The notes: generated by a model from the letters alone, not told the origin. A DNA stretch of 64,000 nucleotides from Azolla caroliniana (GCA_043228905.1 JBHGNT010000014.1:17670001-17734000); one strand, 5' to 3'. Positions 1-14,295 are shown, counted from the stretch's first letter. Numbers and translations are program-made.

Positions 1-1404
1 CTGTATTATTTGATTTGTTTACTGAATCCAAATCTCACTTGAAAATTTCAAAATATGTTGGAAGTTATTAAGTGGATTATAATGTCTTGCCTAGCTGATA
101 GCTGTAAGTCCAAACATGAAAGCCTGTTGACAATCTCATTCTATGCTGTATTTTAGCTGTCTCAGTAACAGATGGGTATCAAGCAACAATACTATAGCAG
201 TTTTTCATTAACCAAGTATGTCAATCTGCAATACTATATATGATCCATGGTAAGACTTCGTATGGATCTTGGCCGCATGATTTAAATTCAAGCACTGGTG
301 GGTGCTGGATTCTGAAGTTTTGTGTATTGCACATCCACGTCCTTTGCTGGAGTCAAAGCTGATACTACTCATATCTCACCTCAAGGTAACTGCATGGCAC
401 GGTCTCATGACATTACATACTTGACAAGGAATCTGTGTCGCCTTGACTTATATCAGAAAATACTCCAAGATAATTGAGATATGGAATGATGAAATGTTCT
501 GAGGCAGGGAATGAGAAGTTGGAAAATGACTTCCTTTAGTCTATGAGTTATGTTTATGAAGGTGTATACTTGAAACATGCCATCAAGTATTTTATCCTTT
601 GTTGAGCTTCTGTAGAGTGTTTTATGTAACTTGGCTCTTTTTGAAGGAATTTTCATCTTATCAATACAAAGTTGCATTTACAGACTGAGGAAAGCATGAT
701 AGAGAAACTAAGACAGTTAGTGAAAGAGATGAAAACAATACAGCATAATGGTAGGAAAAGCAAAAGATTAGCAAACCAAACCCCACATGTAAAAGAAAGG
801 TAACTATGGAGCTGCTATAACTGGTGCACGGCATGCATACCATGTTGTTCTTATGTTTGCTAAATCTTTGCTATATTCATTTTCTCGATGCTTATTGGTT
901 TTTTTTTTTCCATAAAAGTTATGCTCTGCTTATTGGTTATTTATACTACTGTATGCATCCATTGGTATCTTTTCAAGGTTAAACTGGTGTAGGCACCTAC
1001 TTCAGAGACCATATAAGTCTGGAGTCTATAATATTTCTATCAGACAGGGTAGGGTGGCTATGTACACACCATGCCAAGAGCTGAGTTATACACCTATGCA
1101 CAACGTTCTTGCTACTGAAAAATATTATAGGACTCAAAACTTTTACAGTCTTGCATCAGCATTCTTGCACAAAATTCCATTCTGTGCATTAGTTGCATTA
1201 GTTAATGGTTGAATATCTTTCCTTCCAAGTATATCGAAGGACACATTGTTTTAGGTCACATATGAGAAACCCTACTGTTCTCTTCATTACATATTATTCA
1301 TATTTGTATTTATAATTATAACTTCAAAACAGCATCTGTAAAAGAAAAACAGAATTTGCTTTTGAGATGAGAGTTGGCTCTTTATTTATAGTGTCTTGGA
1401 ACAG

Positions 1405-3498
1405 AGGGTCGAATTGAGGCCTAAATGTGCCAGTGTCGTCCATTCCTCAGATAAAGGTACAATGTCCCTATGCGTCAATTCTAATTTTATTCATAGTGGC
1501 AATTTAAAGGTCTTATCCTAGGTAAACGTAACATTGTTAGTTCTTTGAATTCTGTTCAAGAAGTGACTGTATAGAAGCACAAGGATGTCTTGGATTAATC
1601 TATGCCTAAACTAACCAATAAAATCCTCAGAATTAGGCTGAAAAGCAATTCTAATGTTTTATGTACAAAAATACAGCCCTATTTTCTAAACAGAAAGCTC
1701 ATAAACTAATAATTATTTTCCCAAAATTGGTGACTATAAAAAACAAGCAATGAGCATGGAGCTCGTTGCAGTGTATTTTAGTGTTATATAGCAAGTTGCG
1801 TGCAAAAAAATGTAGCAGATTGGAGATGTAAAGAAGATCATGAGAAGAGACGAGGCAGAAAATCACTTTCTTGGCGTTTGAATATCAACGGTTCAATGGG
1901 GCTTGTTTTGTGATCTTTTCAGGCTTTGTGTTTATTAAGTATGGGTTTATATGGGCCTTATATTCATTTGTACCTTATTAAGTGCCTTATATATGGGTTT
2001 GTTAGGTACCTTATATTCATTTGTTTATATGGGCCTTTGGAGATTCGTTAATTGTGGGGATGAACTGAAGATGGGTTTGAGATGCAAGTTGCCCATGGGA
2101 AGCTAATAAAGTACATATAGTTTTGGAATAAATCTGAAATTTGTGTGGTAGCTACCACTTCTATTTTGCTCTCTGACATCCTTGTTGCAATATTTGACTG
2201 ACTTTTCAGGAGTTTGAGCTTCTCCAAGATATTTTGGCTTATTTTTTATCTGTATAGATGGATTAGAATAATGATAACCAAAGACTAATTGTGGAAAACT
2301 TGAGCATTCTTATTTATTTTTCTGAGCAAGTAAATTAGAATAAAATTTCAGACTAATTGAGCTGCTACACAACATTCCTTACCATACATTTGATTCACAA
2401 ATAACAATAATGCCGTTTATTTCCTTCTGTTGTAGAAAATTCAAGTTCGATCATATCACATTTGGCAGCAGAGGAAAGGGCCACACTGACAGAAGCAATG
2501 CTACAGAGAATAAGCCCCAAAAGGCTGGAACAGTCTGCAGCTGTAGTGCGTGGGTGGCTTCAATGTAAGCACCCCAAGGCTTTATGATTCAATAAATTAA
2601 AAAAAATATTTCAATTTTCAAACTTCTGGCAAGGTTGAACTAAGATGAGAGGAAATTTTACATTGGTATAGTATATGACAATGTTAAAAACTAGCAAAAG
2701 TGACCTATTAAGCCAAAATTCTCAGGGATGAGAAGAATAGGAATGTCTCCTTAAGAATATGGGCTTTTCCGGATAAGAAATCTTTTATATGACAGCATTG
2801 GTCTTAACAGTGAAATAGCATTTAGAAAGAAACATGATTGACAGCATGAGAGAGATATAACATGGTCTCATTTCCATTGAAGGACACTCTATTTCAGGGC
2901 ATGTGATTGTCTATATATTTGATGTAGCATATACCCCTAACATATATTTGCGCACATTGTTTTTGTAGCTCCTACTCCGAGTGATGCTTCATCAATTGCA
3001 CCTTTTGAGAATGCTAGGGTTTGCAATCCAAAGAGAAGGCTCTCCAACTTATCCATGTCCAACCTAGTTTCTTCTGTAAAACAAGAAGCAAAAATGTTTG
3101 CAACACATCGGCGCGTGTCCAGTCTCTCGCAATCAAAATTATGTGAACCTTTCAATCCAATGCTTGAAGCTAGTAATACTTCAGATATGCTTGTTGACGC
3201 AGTGGATCGGATGACTCCAAAGGCATGTAGTGAGGATACCAATGAATCCCCGGTCTCTGTATTGGATGATGCTGCTTTGGAGAATTACAAAGAAAATTTG
3301 GATGGGTGCATTTTTGATGATGAACTTTCGCTGCCACGAGAACATCAAGATGGTAGGAAAAACCCGTCGCTGTTGTCATGTGTGCCAGAGAAGCCCACTC
3401 TAAGGATTTTGCAATCGAAGAATTTCAAGATTTCGGATTTACTTCTCAGGTACAAGGAACTGGCAAAGGCCATGCCTTTTCAAGGCCTTCACTTTTAA
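1405..3498 (+). CDS. 3' exons of an unidentified protein-coding gene (putative exons 1405-1456, 2436-2564, 2969-3498)
   Basis: GT-AG sites join in consistent phase 1: RVELRPKCASVVHSSDK-ENSSSIISHLAAEERATLTEAMLQRISPKRLEQSAAVVRGWLQ-SPTPSDAS...FKISDLLLRYKELAKAMPFQGLHF*. The last exon contains ORF 3055..3498. Upstream exons unresolved; family not recognised. Confidence 0.55.
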
Positions 3499-5873
3499 CT
3501 CTTTGCAGCAAGTGATGATTGTTATTCAACAGTGTGTTGGCATATAATTGCAGTGATTCTGAGGAGGATGCTCTTTAGGAAAAGTCAGGGAATGAAGAAA
3601 ATCAACATGAGAATCCAATGATGGAATGTCTTTTGGGAAAAACCCATTTCAAGCAAATTGATGAATGTTAATGCTAATTTGTGTTGTTGTAATTTGCCAA
3701 AGGTTATGATGAAAATACCCAATGTGTCTTTTCAAAGTGGAAACTAAGATAATTTCATATTGCCACGTGCCTTCACCGAATGTTGTGGATGTAAATATGT
3801 AATTCCTTTTCCATTTTGTTTGGTATCTCATGTAATGAATTATATAAAGCAAATGTATCATTTATAGTGAGTATAATGAGGTTTGAGTGTTATTGAGTTT
3901 GTTGTTCACCAAATAACATAGTGTAATGATTCAAGGATCAATATGAGACTGGGAACTTTGAGTGAATATAATGGTGGGCTACTCATTAGTTGATTATTAA
4001 GCCTTTATATTTTTCTTATTAGCTATGATGCTTGGGCAAAACAAGCAAGAACCTGTGAAGAATTCTATAAAATCTCTAATCTTTGTTAAGTACTATGCAT
4101 TTGTTGGTATTGATGAAGATAAGTGAATACTAGCTACAACTACCCACTATTGAAAACTGCTTTTGACAAATTAAAGCTTTGATGTTATTTTCAGATTGTA
4201 GATTCAAGTGAACATACGATTTTTTTGTGGTGGCTTTACAAATCTTTTTCAAAATCATAGTAGCATCTAGGATTAAGCAACAACTCACTTTTGGCATAAC
4301 TGGTTTAGCTTTGTCCACAAACAAACTAATTAAGCCTTAATTGGTTTAGAACATTTCAAACCTAAATTGGTTTAGGCTTAACATCAATATTTCTAAAAAT
4401 GTAAATTATTATTATTATTATAAATGACTTAGCCAGCTTAATTGGTTTTACTTGGCAAAGTAGAGCTTAAGTTAAACCGAATTGAGCAAAAACCTATTAA
4501 GAAAAGTTATGCATTGAATTGGACTTAGAAGGGCTTCAGCTGAACCATTGCCCACTCTTAATAGCATTTGTCCTCTTCACCATACTCATCTTCTTGAACC
4601 AATATCATTAATGAAAGATGACATGATTGTATGCATAGAATTTCTTGACTCACAACATTACATGAATGTTACCCTTCTGATTGCTGCCTTAGAAACAAAT
4701 GTGATTAGAAAATATAGTTGATATTCTAAGCCTTTTGATACAATCATCTAGTTAGTTCATTAATATTGTTCAATTTCTCCTTTAAGATTGGTAAAGGTTG
4801 GAAAAAGCTCCCAACTACATTGAGAGAATAGTTTATCATGTTAAACTCATCTAGAAGTCTAAGGTTTTACCAACATGTTTAATACTACAAAGAAAGCATT
4901 AACCAATTGAACTAGATTTTATAAGTAGTTGTCGTATTGAAAGAGACATGTTTCGTTTATATGCACCATTGCCAAAAATATTGTTTTTGTTCATGGATTG
5001 TATAATTACAATCAAGTTTATTAATTACGCTTATTACTTGTGTTTAGATATTCTTATCATTTTCTCTTTATTACCAATCGGTTTCGTCTATGGAAGTTGT
5101 AAATCAACTTTATTCATGTAGGAAGTGTTACGGGCATGACCATATAATATCCCGCAGTAAGATAATCACGACATATACAATGTCATCTAGTTCAATATCT
5201 TTGATATCTTAACATTGACCAACATGCTCAATGTGCATGTTAAACATAGTGATCTTTGATGTATTTGGAAAGAAAGGAAACCTATTGTGAAAATCAATTG
5301 AACCTTGTAAATGTACGGTATCTCCAAGTTCCCCTTGTATAGCTTGATGTTCTTATTCACTTTAGAAATAACCATGATCTATTGGTACAAGATGTTTCGT
5401 GCATTCTTTATTATACAAAAGACATCTTTATATAATATGTTTCTCTATGATGCACAACGTCCATGCGCATATCTTATGTTAGGCAAGGCACAACAAACTT
5501 CATGACATAAAATGAGTCATGCCCTGCGTAAGTATGATAGCATAAAAAAGATCATATCTTGGATCATACATAGTATTAGAGTAGCATTACAATTAACTCT
5601 TTGTGATGTGTATGGTAGCATAACAATGTCGAGAATATGTCCTGATATTTGCATGATGAGTTGCACCTTCAAGGACCTATACATTTAAGCTTTAGAGATC
5701 CAACCATCACATTCTCTAAACAAATTAACTAAATGTAAAACCTTGGAGGAAACCATATGAATGTGATCTTCCCACACAATAACCAAGTTGAGTTAGGATT
5801 TAAATACAAAAGGCTTTTAAATGGAAAGAAAAGAGAAAGGGTTTGAATGTATTTTGCAAGACCAAAATAATAG

Positions 5874-5945
5874 AGGGCGCAACCGGGGTTGAACCGGTGA
5901 CCTATCGGACTGCAGCCGATTGCTCTACCACTGAGCTATACACCC
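5874..5945 (-). tRNA. trnC-GCA: tRNA-Cys(GCA), intronless, 72 nt
   Basis: Reverse complement GGGTGTATAGCTCAGTGGTAGAGCAATCGGCTGCAGTCCGATAGGTCACCGGTTCAACCCCGGTTGCGCCCT folds as a cloverleaf. Anticodon stem ATCGG/CCGAT, anticodon GCA, U73 discriminator, A and B boxes, TTTT just downstream and TATA-like sequence upstream. Confidence 0.95.
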
Positions 5946-8900
5946 ACACTTATGTAAAGGGGTGAATATATAAAGTTATTAATAAATTTTAAGATTATTT
6001 AGTGATTCCAATCTATTTCAAGACCACAATATATTGGGGATGCCCCTACACTAAATTTTATTGCTTATTACAAATTTCCATTTCATTCATAACATGAAGC
6101 ATCGTAAGAACCATGTGTTGTGCAACCACCACATATTTGTCCAAATAATCACCATAGGGTTTGGGAGTGTGAAGAGCAACATTTCCGAAATTAGTACCCT
6201 CACTAGGTCACAACAATCCAAATACGAACAATGCCGTACACCCTTTAAAAGGACCTACTAACAAATACAATGCTTATTTTATGTATTTGTTTGTAGATGG
6301 CAGCATATTACATGCTTGACAAATTTTCATTACTTGTTAGACTTCCATGGCTTTTGTGGTGTAAGTGCATTTAGGTTTTAGGAGTCCTAACTTATGAACA
6401 ATCACATTCTACTTACGTGTGGAGTCTAGTAGATAGTGTGATCATACCTAAGGATGTCGCCTAACACATTATGGTGTATCAGAAGAAAAGGATACAAGTT
6501 TGTACATTTGTGCAATAAGTTGCATGATAAATTGCATATAGGACATATAGATACACATAAATTTGATCTAAAAATCAGTTATACAGGATGTGTAGATGGG
6601 TATTAAGTTGAATCATACATGACTTATAGAGGATGTACTTCCACATTAAGCTACATCATAAAAATTGTGTGAAATGGATACAAGACAATGGTTATGATTA
6701 ACTAACAATGATAACTTGTGTATGTAGAAATCATTCAAATGATTAACTTGTTTTAGAGGGAAGGGTTAATTGGAATTTCAATCGAAGTTGGATGGACATG
6801 ATCTGATTATTTGTTTGTGTGTCATTAGCACATTCAAGAGACTACATCCTCGTGTTTGATATCCAAGCATTTCTGAATTGTCATTAAGGAGAATACAGGG
6901 AAAAAAGGTACATAGTAGAAAGCCCATGCCTGTCTTGGTGTTATTTGAGGTGTGTATGCATGCACTAAAGACATATGGCTATATGTTCATTTGGTTATGT
7001 TTTCCAAAGTTTGGATTAACCCTTTTTGTTTAAATTGTAGTCTATACAACCCTTACTATTTATTACTTGAGTTCTGTATGCATGCAATATCAAGGGTTTA
7101 CATGCCTAGATGGAATAGTATGTTTATAATAGGGATTGATGCCTTGAAGGTTGACCCATGAGAATGTTACTGAAGTTTTTGTTTGAGCACATCATATTTA
7201 CTTGGTTCTTTATGCTACCAACAACTATTGTAACCATTCCTTTTTGTTATCATTTTCGATGATTTCATGAACTCTAGTAGTTGTGGGGGTTGAAGTTTAT
7301 CTCTATGGAAAAACGTAGATTTTAGTTCACGCATAGGGTAATGTCAAATTATTTTATGAGGAAAGGGAAGACCAAGAAAAGAGCACTTGAATTTTTCAAA
7401 ATTGTTCGTGTATATCTAGGAGGCCATTAGATAAACGCGTTTCATAATAAAGAACTTTTGCTAAAGATGCAAAACACAGTGAATCAAAATGCCCTTTAAT
7501 GCTCCTCAATAAAGGGACTTTTCTCGAAACATATTGTATAATCACAATAGTCAATAATACACCAATAGCATAAGCCAACCCCGTGTTTTGTTGACATGAT
7601 TTCTACTACTTGTTAGGCACTAAAATCAAGAAAGTCACCACATAATATCTTCTATATGGAAAACTACAACTTAGATAAGTAAATTCCGTGTATCGATGTT
7701 TGTGCCATATCGCTCAAGGTTTCCGCTAACGTGCTAACATTAGTTTATTTTCTATTTTGACACATTTCATAAATTAATTGCTATTGCGTGCACAATTTTG
7801 TTAAGCTTTTTCGATTGGCCACTTTTTATTGGACTTCAACATATCAAGGTAATGAAGTGGTAATATTTTAATATTACATTGTTAAGAACCATTACACATT
7901 ATTTCCCAAATACAAACTGGCATTATGCGCAAGGACATTTTCACCAATATGCCATGATAGGAACTAGTAATCCGTTTTGTGGATGCAAAGTATAAGGCCA
8001 TGTTCTAGAGTCAAAACTAGGGCTCAACTATGAGATTTGACTCAAGCCTTCAATTGTATGTATCCTTTGACTCACTTATTAGGCATCAAGCATGGTGGCA
8101 CTAAGGGAAAAATGGCGGAGTTTGTTAGGCAAACCTAATCACTTTATGAAATTGGATCTGTGAGACCACCACCATTTGTTTCAAAATTGAGAACATTGTT
8201 ACACTCCCACATCCATTGATCACAACGTTATCACACAATTGTTTTCAAGAATAAATAATCCTTTGGACTAACTTTAAAAGGTGTTGCTTTTTAATATGCA
8301 ATGCACTCTAGGGTTGAAGAGAGACGTGTTTTGAGTTCAATAAGCTCTAGGGCTAAGAAAAGATTGTATGCTAATTGGTAGGTGGGATCTTTGGCTACAA
8401 TTTTCTTTGCTTGTCTCAAATCTAAATGTGTTGCTTGACATGTTGGGTAAAGGGTTCTCATTTTTTTGGTAGAACATATAATACTAGTGGGAAACCTTAG
8501 TGTGAGGTAAAAATTAACAAAATAACAACAAATGTACAAAGTGTCAAGTAGACACTAAAGCTCAAAGTAAGCAAATGTAAGTTTGAAGTGGGATGTCCCT
8601 AAGTTGTAGACAATTAGATCAAGATTGTATAAGGAATTGCTCAAAGAAGCCAAATTCTTGTAGCTAGTATTGTCCAAAGCCTTTCTTATCATGGCCATCA
8701 AAATTGTTTGCGTTACCCAAAAGCTTGTCAATCAATGGAAATAAGCAACGGAAAGTTTTTTCCAAACCTTTTGCCCAATAATTTGGGTAAAAGTGATGCA
8801 CGCATTCTTTAAATAAATGCTTCGGTTAGTGAGTAAGTCTATAATGAGTGTAGGATTGTTTCCAATTCTCCACTACATCGTGCACGGTATGACAAATTTA

Positions 8901-9344
8901 TAATTCTCTTTTGAAGATTCAACCCAATGGTAAGCACTCGAAAAAGCATCTCCATAGGCATACCTTTTCCTTAAGTGGAAGATCAAGCCTACATATAGCA
9001 ATAACCTTGTTTTTCTACCAAGACTATGCTTTGTATAAGTGTCATAGAACATTTGGATGTTCTTGAAACCGAGAGGAGGGTTGTAGCAACCTATACACTT
9101 TTGATCTTATTTGTTGAAATAGCAATACAATCTTTTATTGGCACTCAATAGTGAATAATGTAATCTATATCTAAACATGCACAAGAACTAATGGAAGTAT
9201 AAATTTATTTTGTATGAGTTGTTGTTGTGACTCAAGACTATAACAACATATTATGTCATTTAAGATTAATAAGTGAACACTATAATTGGAAATATAACAT
9301 TCCAATATAAGTTTTCTAAGGGAAAAGAATTCAATGATTCTAAG

Positions 9345-9920
9345 CATAGATTGAAATATTCGCATTCGTGGGGCCTACCCCACGAATCCATACGAATAGG
9401 AATACGAATACATATAAATATATTCATTTTCTTTCTTTTTTTTGAATTTTTTAAGTAAAAAATAAAAAACAGTTTTTCTTCATCTGAGCGAGTGAACGAA
9501 CAGCGAGCAGCGAGCGAGGAAGCCTCACCCTACTCCCTGTCCGCCCTCGCTTCCCTCTGCATCTTGTTCTCGGCCAGAAATTTAGGGTTTCGGCTGAAAA
9601 CCCTAATTTCTGTCATAAACCTAATTTAGGCAGTAGTACTTTCTTTTGAGCCTGCGTCCTCAACTCCCTCTCATACTCTATTCTAATCCTACATCCTGTT
9701 CTCACTGAAACCCTACGTCCAGAAGCCCTAATTAATTGATTATTAATTAATTAACTTAATAACTAATATTTTTGAATGAATTAAGATATGTATTAGCAAA
9801 TTAATTAATGTATTAGTGAACTAATTAATTATTATATTAGTGAGTTAATTAATTATTGATGTATTTGTGTATATACATATATGAGTGATATGTGTGTATA
9901 CACATATATGTATATATCAG

Positions 9921-9951
<31 letters not shown>

Positions 9952-10074
9952 TGTATGTATGTATACATCTAAACGAATGGTTTTATAATATTCTTGGGGC
10001 CGTTTTATATTCTCGAATATAGCGAATATTGCGGATGTAGAATACCACGAATATTACGCATGGATCAATCTATG
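9345..10074 (+). mobile_element. Non-autonomous hAT-type element (MITE family A), copy 1
   Basis: TIRs CATAGATTGA...TCAATCTATG, perfect 8-bp TSD ATTCTAAG (9337-9344 and 10075-10082), subterminal CGAATA repeats, internal (TATG)n. Confidence 0.85.
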
Positions 10075-10303
10075 ATTCTAAGTTTTTTCCTCTCTATTTT
10101 ACTTATTGAAATTCTTCCTTCCAAGTTCCAAGGTGGTAAAGGGCTCTTGTTGGCATATCCCTTCTCAACTCACTCAGTCCTGGCTTATATATAACTGGAA
10201 AGAAAATTTACGTATTATATATTGGATTGTTGTTGATACAAGGGTGAAACAATCATAAACAAACTACAAAAATGATGATGAAGCTAAATGGTAGGTGTCA
10301 TCA

Positions 10304-10831
10304 ACAGCAAAAGCTCTCATGCGGGGAGATGATGTTAAATATCTGGTTTGATCTTGTGGCTTGGTTGCGCGGTCGGTATGATTCAATTCAAGGGGATTCA
10401 GAAGAAGCAGAAAGGGCAAGGTCCAAGTTCTTGCGGAAATGGAGTAGCTCTCCCATGCTAGTCAAATCTTCATCGAGGCCTAAGTGGAATTACCAGGCAC
10501 CTAGGTGGCTATTTCCACCAATGGCTCCCAATATTGTACATGGGTTGTAATTATGTATGTATAGCTGACACAAACGTGCGTTAGTATAGTCATGTTACCC
10601 AGATAATGTTGTTAGAAAAGAGTTAGTTGGGAGCTGTATAGTCGGGGTAAATTAGGGTTTATTTCAATTTTGCTTGAGTTAAGGATCAGTTGAGTTTTTT
10701 TTGTTGTTTTTGTTTGATAGTTTTGGAGTTGTTTCTCCAAGTTGGCTATGTTGATCCCATTGTGGATTTGGACAAACTTTGTTGTATTCTATTTGCTAAC
10801 TAATGCAAAGTAGTGCTTTTTTGGGAAAAAC
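10304..10831 (+). mobile_element. 5'-truncated L1-like LINE 3' end
   Basis: 18-bp TSD AAATGGTAGGTGTCATCA (10286-10303 and 10832-10849) and an A-rich tail. Encodes IWFDLVAWLRGRYDSIQGDSEEAERARSKFLRKW...WNYQAPRWLFPP, which aligns with the copy at 20476-20850. Confidence 0.75.
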
Positions 10832-12604
10832 AAATGGTAGGTGTCATCATGTAGTTTTCTAATAGTTGTTAACTAGATTCTATCATTGAGTATATATGTT
10901 AAACATTTTGTGACTATGGACATCAAGTTCAATAGAACACTAGTTAGTATACAATATTTTTTGCGGTGAACACCTTGCTTATCATATATTGTGAGTGTAG
11001 CAAATCATGTATATGTTATCTTATTATTTTAAGCACATTTTGTTTTTGATGCTTTCCACTTTATGGACTCTTTGCAATGATTGTTTCCTTGTATACCATG
11101 ATATGCTTGGATCAATCTATCTTCATTTCAAATTCCCAAATTATGTTAACGATGTTCTCTCTCTCTAATCGTTATTGCTTCAAAATGAATACCAAATATG
11201 TTTTGAAACACCTTGCACGACCCACATTGAGTAAAGCTCAATGAAATCATGTCATGTGGACTATGTCAACTTTGACTCTATTAATGTTTAGAGTACTAAG
11301 GCTCAATCTCGATATTTCAATATTCGCAGCAAGTGCTACTCTCGATCATTCAAAGATATAAACAAAACTAGTTTTAGCATAAATTTATATGTGCTAGTCT
11401 TACCTCCATGATTGATTCATATGCCAAAATACCTCTACATCATCTTGTTGAAGATTGATGTATTTTTTGTCTATGTGACATAACCTCCACAACAATAAGC
11501 AAGAGAAAACTATATTGAAGCCCTAATTATACCATTTTGTTACGACATCCTTTGTAAGTAAATTCACATGTAACATCTCTTGACCATACAAACATATGTG
11601 CATAAGATCAACTTATGCCCAAAGTGAGAAGTTTTCCATCTCCCACAAACCAATGCATCTACTGAATGACATCAATGGTGCTTGCTAAGGTTTTGAGGAA
11701 CTTCTAGGGGAGACCATGGACTTGAATCCAATAGGTGGCAAGGATGCTCTTAGAAGATACTTGTGTTATTTATTAAATGAATTCTCGTCAAATGACTTGT
11801 TCATGAAAGAGTGGCTACTATAATTAATGTAAAGGATATGAGTCTGCAAACTCAACTAAAACGATTGAATCCTAAAATCTAATAATGTGTTCCACAATCA
11901 AATAAACTTCTAGAACTTTTAGGATTCATCGGCCACCCAAACGATCAAGTAGTATACTCTAGATAAATTGACACTCGTAGGAACAACTCCACATAATTAT
12001 TTAAAAAATTTGTGATGTCCATGTGAAGTTCAGTCTATATGATCTTCGTAAGTTGTTTATGACTATGGGCATGTTTTCTCTACTCCTCTGTTTCTTTTCC
12101 TTAATTACTTATACCTAGGGTAGCCTCTTGCATTCATGGGAGTTCTTATTGTTACAAAAGCAACAAGCAATTACTTCTTATCTCAACTTTTTTTTTGGTA
12201 TGTTTTTGCCAAGCAAAAAAGGCATTCTCTTCTTGGATGTATGATCAAGCCAAAACAGGCAAAGTAAAGGGACATTTCTTGAACGCCATTGAAGGCATTG
12301 GCTAGAGTTGTAAGTCTTTGATGCTCCCCAATTGAAGTTTGAAGTATTTGTTGTCTATGAGAGAAACAACCTTCCTTTTAACCCTTTCCTACATGGGGAC
12401 CCCATTATACTCAATACAGGATTGAAGATACTACCTCAAAGATGGATTTTAAATGTTTGTCTTTTCGTTGTTAATAGGTTACCATAGTAACTATCCAGGC
12501 AAGTTTGTGGTTTCAATTGGCACATGCCTCTCAACTATGGCCTCATTCTCTGATCTCACGAACCCCAAACAATTGCTTCAACCATTTGAACCATGGCATG
12601 ATTC

Positions 12605-12608
<4 letters not shown>

Positions 12609-12680
<72 letters not shown>
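12609..12680. repeat. (CT)n microsatellite
   Basis: Pure TC run of about 72 nt. Confidence 0.95.
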
Positions 12681-12683
<3 letters not shown>

Positions 12684-14295
12684 CTCACACACACAAGACA
12701 CAAACAAACAAAGATACAAACACGCATTTCATAAGATTTTCTACCACTATCACTTTCATAACAAGATTGCTAATCCATCACATATTTTTCTTGGTTCCAT
12801 TGGGTATATTTGGACATGATGATGATATTGGATTGATTTGACTCCCTCAGACATACATTACAACCCAATTAATCGTCAAAATGTGTCTCATGGATGATGA
12901 GATGCCATTATTTTAATTCATTTTTACATTCCTTGCCTCCTATTGCACATGTAATTGTGATATCTATGGTTTTTATAGAATACACGGTAATGATCTCTTG
13001 CTCTCCCTCAATGACAAAAATAATATCATCATTTGTCTCTCTAGGAATATTATAGTGGGCTTAATAGTCACTAAAGTAACCCCAGAAGCACACGTGTTAT
13101 GCAAAAGCACACCCACCCAACTTCACTTTCTCATTTTCCTTATGAAAATACACGAGCCACATGTGGTTACACCATGTGTAAAGGAGACTTATTTTGCAAT
13201 GTTGTCTTTGGGTCGAGAGAATGTTAAACTATTACCATCATGATATTGGAGAGCCATGATTGGTATAATTCACAGCTCAATCGTGCACATGCGTCGGCCT
13301 CTATTGGACGGCAATGTTGACATGACTTGCCACTCTTTGTGAGGTGTTTGAAGACTTACAAACTTTGCATTCTTCATGGAATTGGGTTGTTCACATGATG
13401 TAGTTGTGGTATTCAATGGATTTGTAACCAAAAGAGTGTAGTGCTCTCTCTCTCTCTCTCTAAGGACTTATAATATTGTCAATTGGTCGGATTTTAAGAT
13501 GTGCTTTTTATATTGTTGGTGGAAAAACTTGAGAAGCCCAAGGTGAAACAGGCTGGCCAAAGTTCACACTACAAATAAACATGGCTACTTTAATGCATTC
13601 CAAGGAAAAAAGTATAGTCATCAAAAATCAAAGAAGCATTAAATAGGTTTTTTTTGTGTGTTTTTCTAAGCCTTTTTATTTCCTATTCTTTTAGGAGAAA
13701 CTTCCACCCAACCAAAAGTCCAATATTAATGTATACAAGTTATATACATACATACCAACCTATACACACATACACATGTATATATGTATGTACATGTATG
13801 CATGCATGCATATATATCTATCTATGCATCTCTCACCTTTCATCAAGTGTTCACTCAACATTCCAATCAATCCAAATTCCCCCCCATCATCTTCTTTGTC
13901 TTATTCAATCATCTAATTTATTACCCATTAGTTCGATCTTCCGATGCTTCATTAAATACCGTAATTATTTTAGCCTCCTAATCACTAATCTATTAGACTT
14001 GGCTTTCCTTAATCCATTAAAACATTAGTTTCTTAGCAATCCATTGCATTAAATCCACACCCTTACCTGTTGTATAGTTGTACACACATGATTAAGTTTA
14101 ATTGAGCATTCTTTTGTACATTGGTATAGCTAGAGCGAGCTCCATTTATATAAATTGATAAGAAGACAGCCTTTAATTAGGTACTTGAGTGGATTCTCCC
14201 TCTAAATAAGAGGTGATTGAGAAGATTAGCCATCATATATAGGAACCTATATAGAGTGAGAGATTTATTTGCAAGGCAGAGACAAGAGTTATAAG

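Noticed and set aside
8290-9100. Possible gene; shares sequence with about 51195-51310
   Set aside because: Stops in all frames; most likely two decayed copies of one old retroelement, with boundaries too uncertain to annotate.
12453-12819. ORFs with SLSLSL, ERERER or YIHT/VCMY runs (also near 14395-14733, 23798-24485, 29724-29997, 35040-35331, 45295-46511)
   Set aside because: Translations of microsatellites, not proteins.
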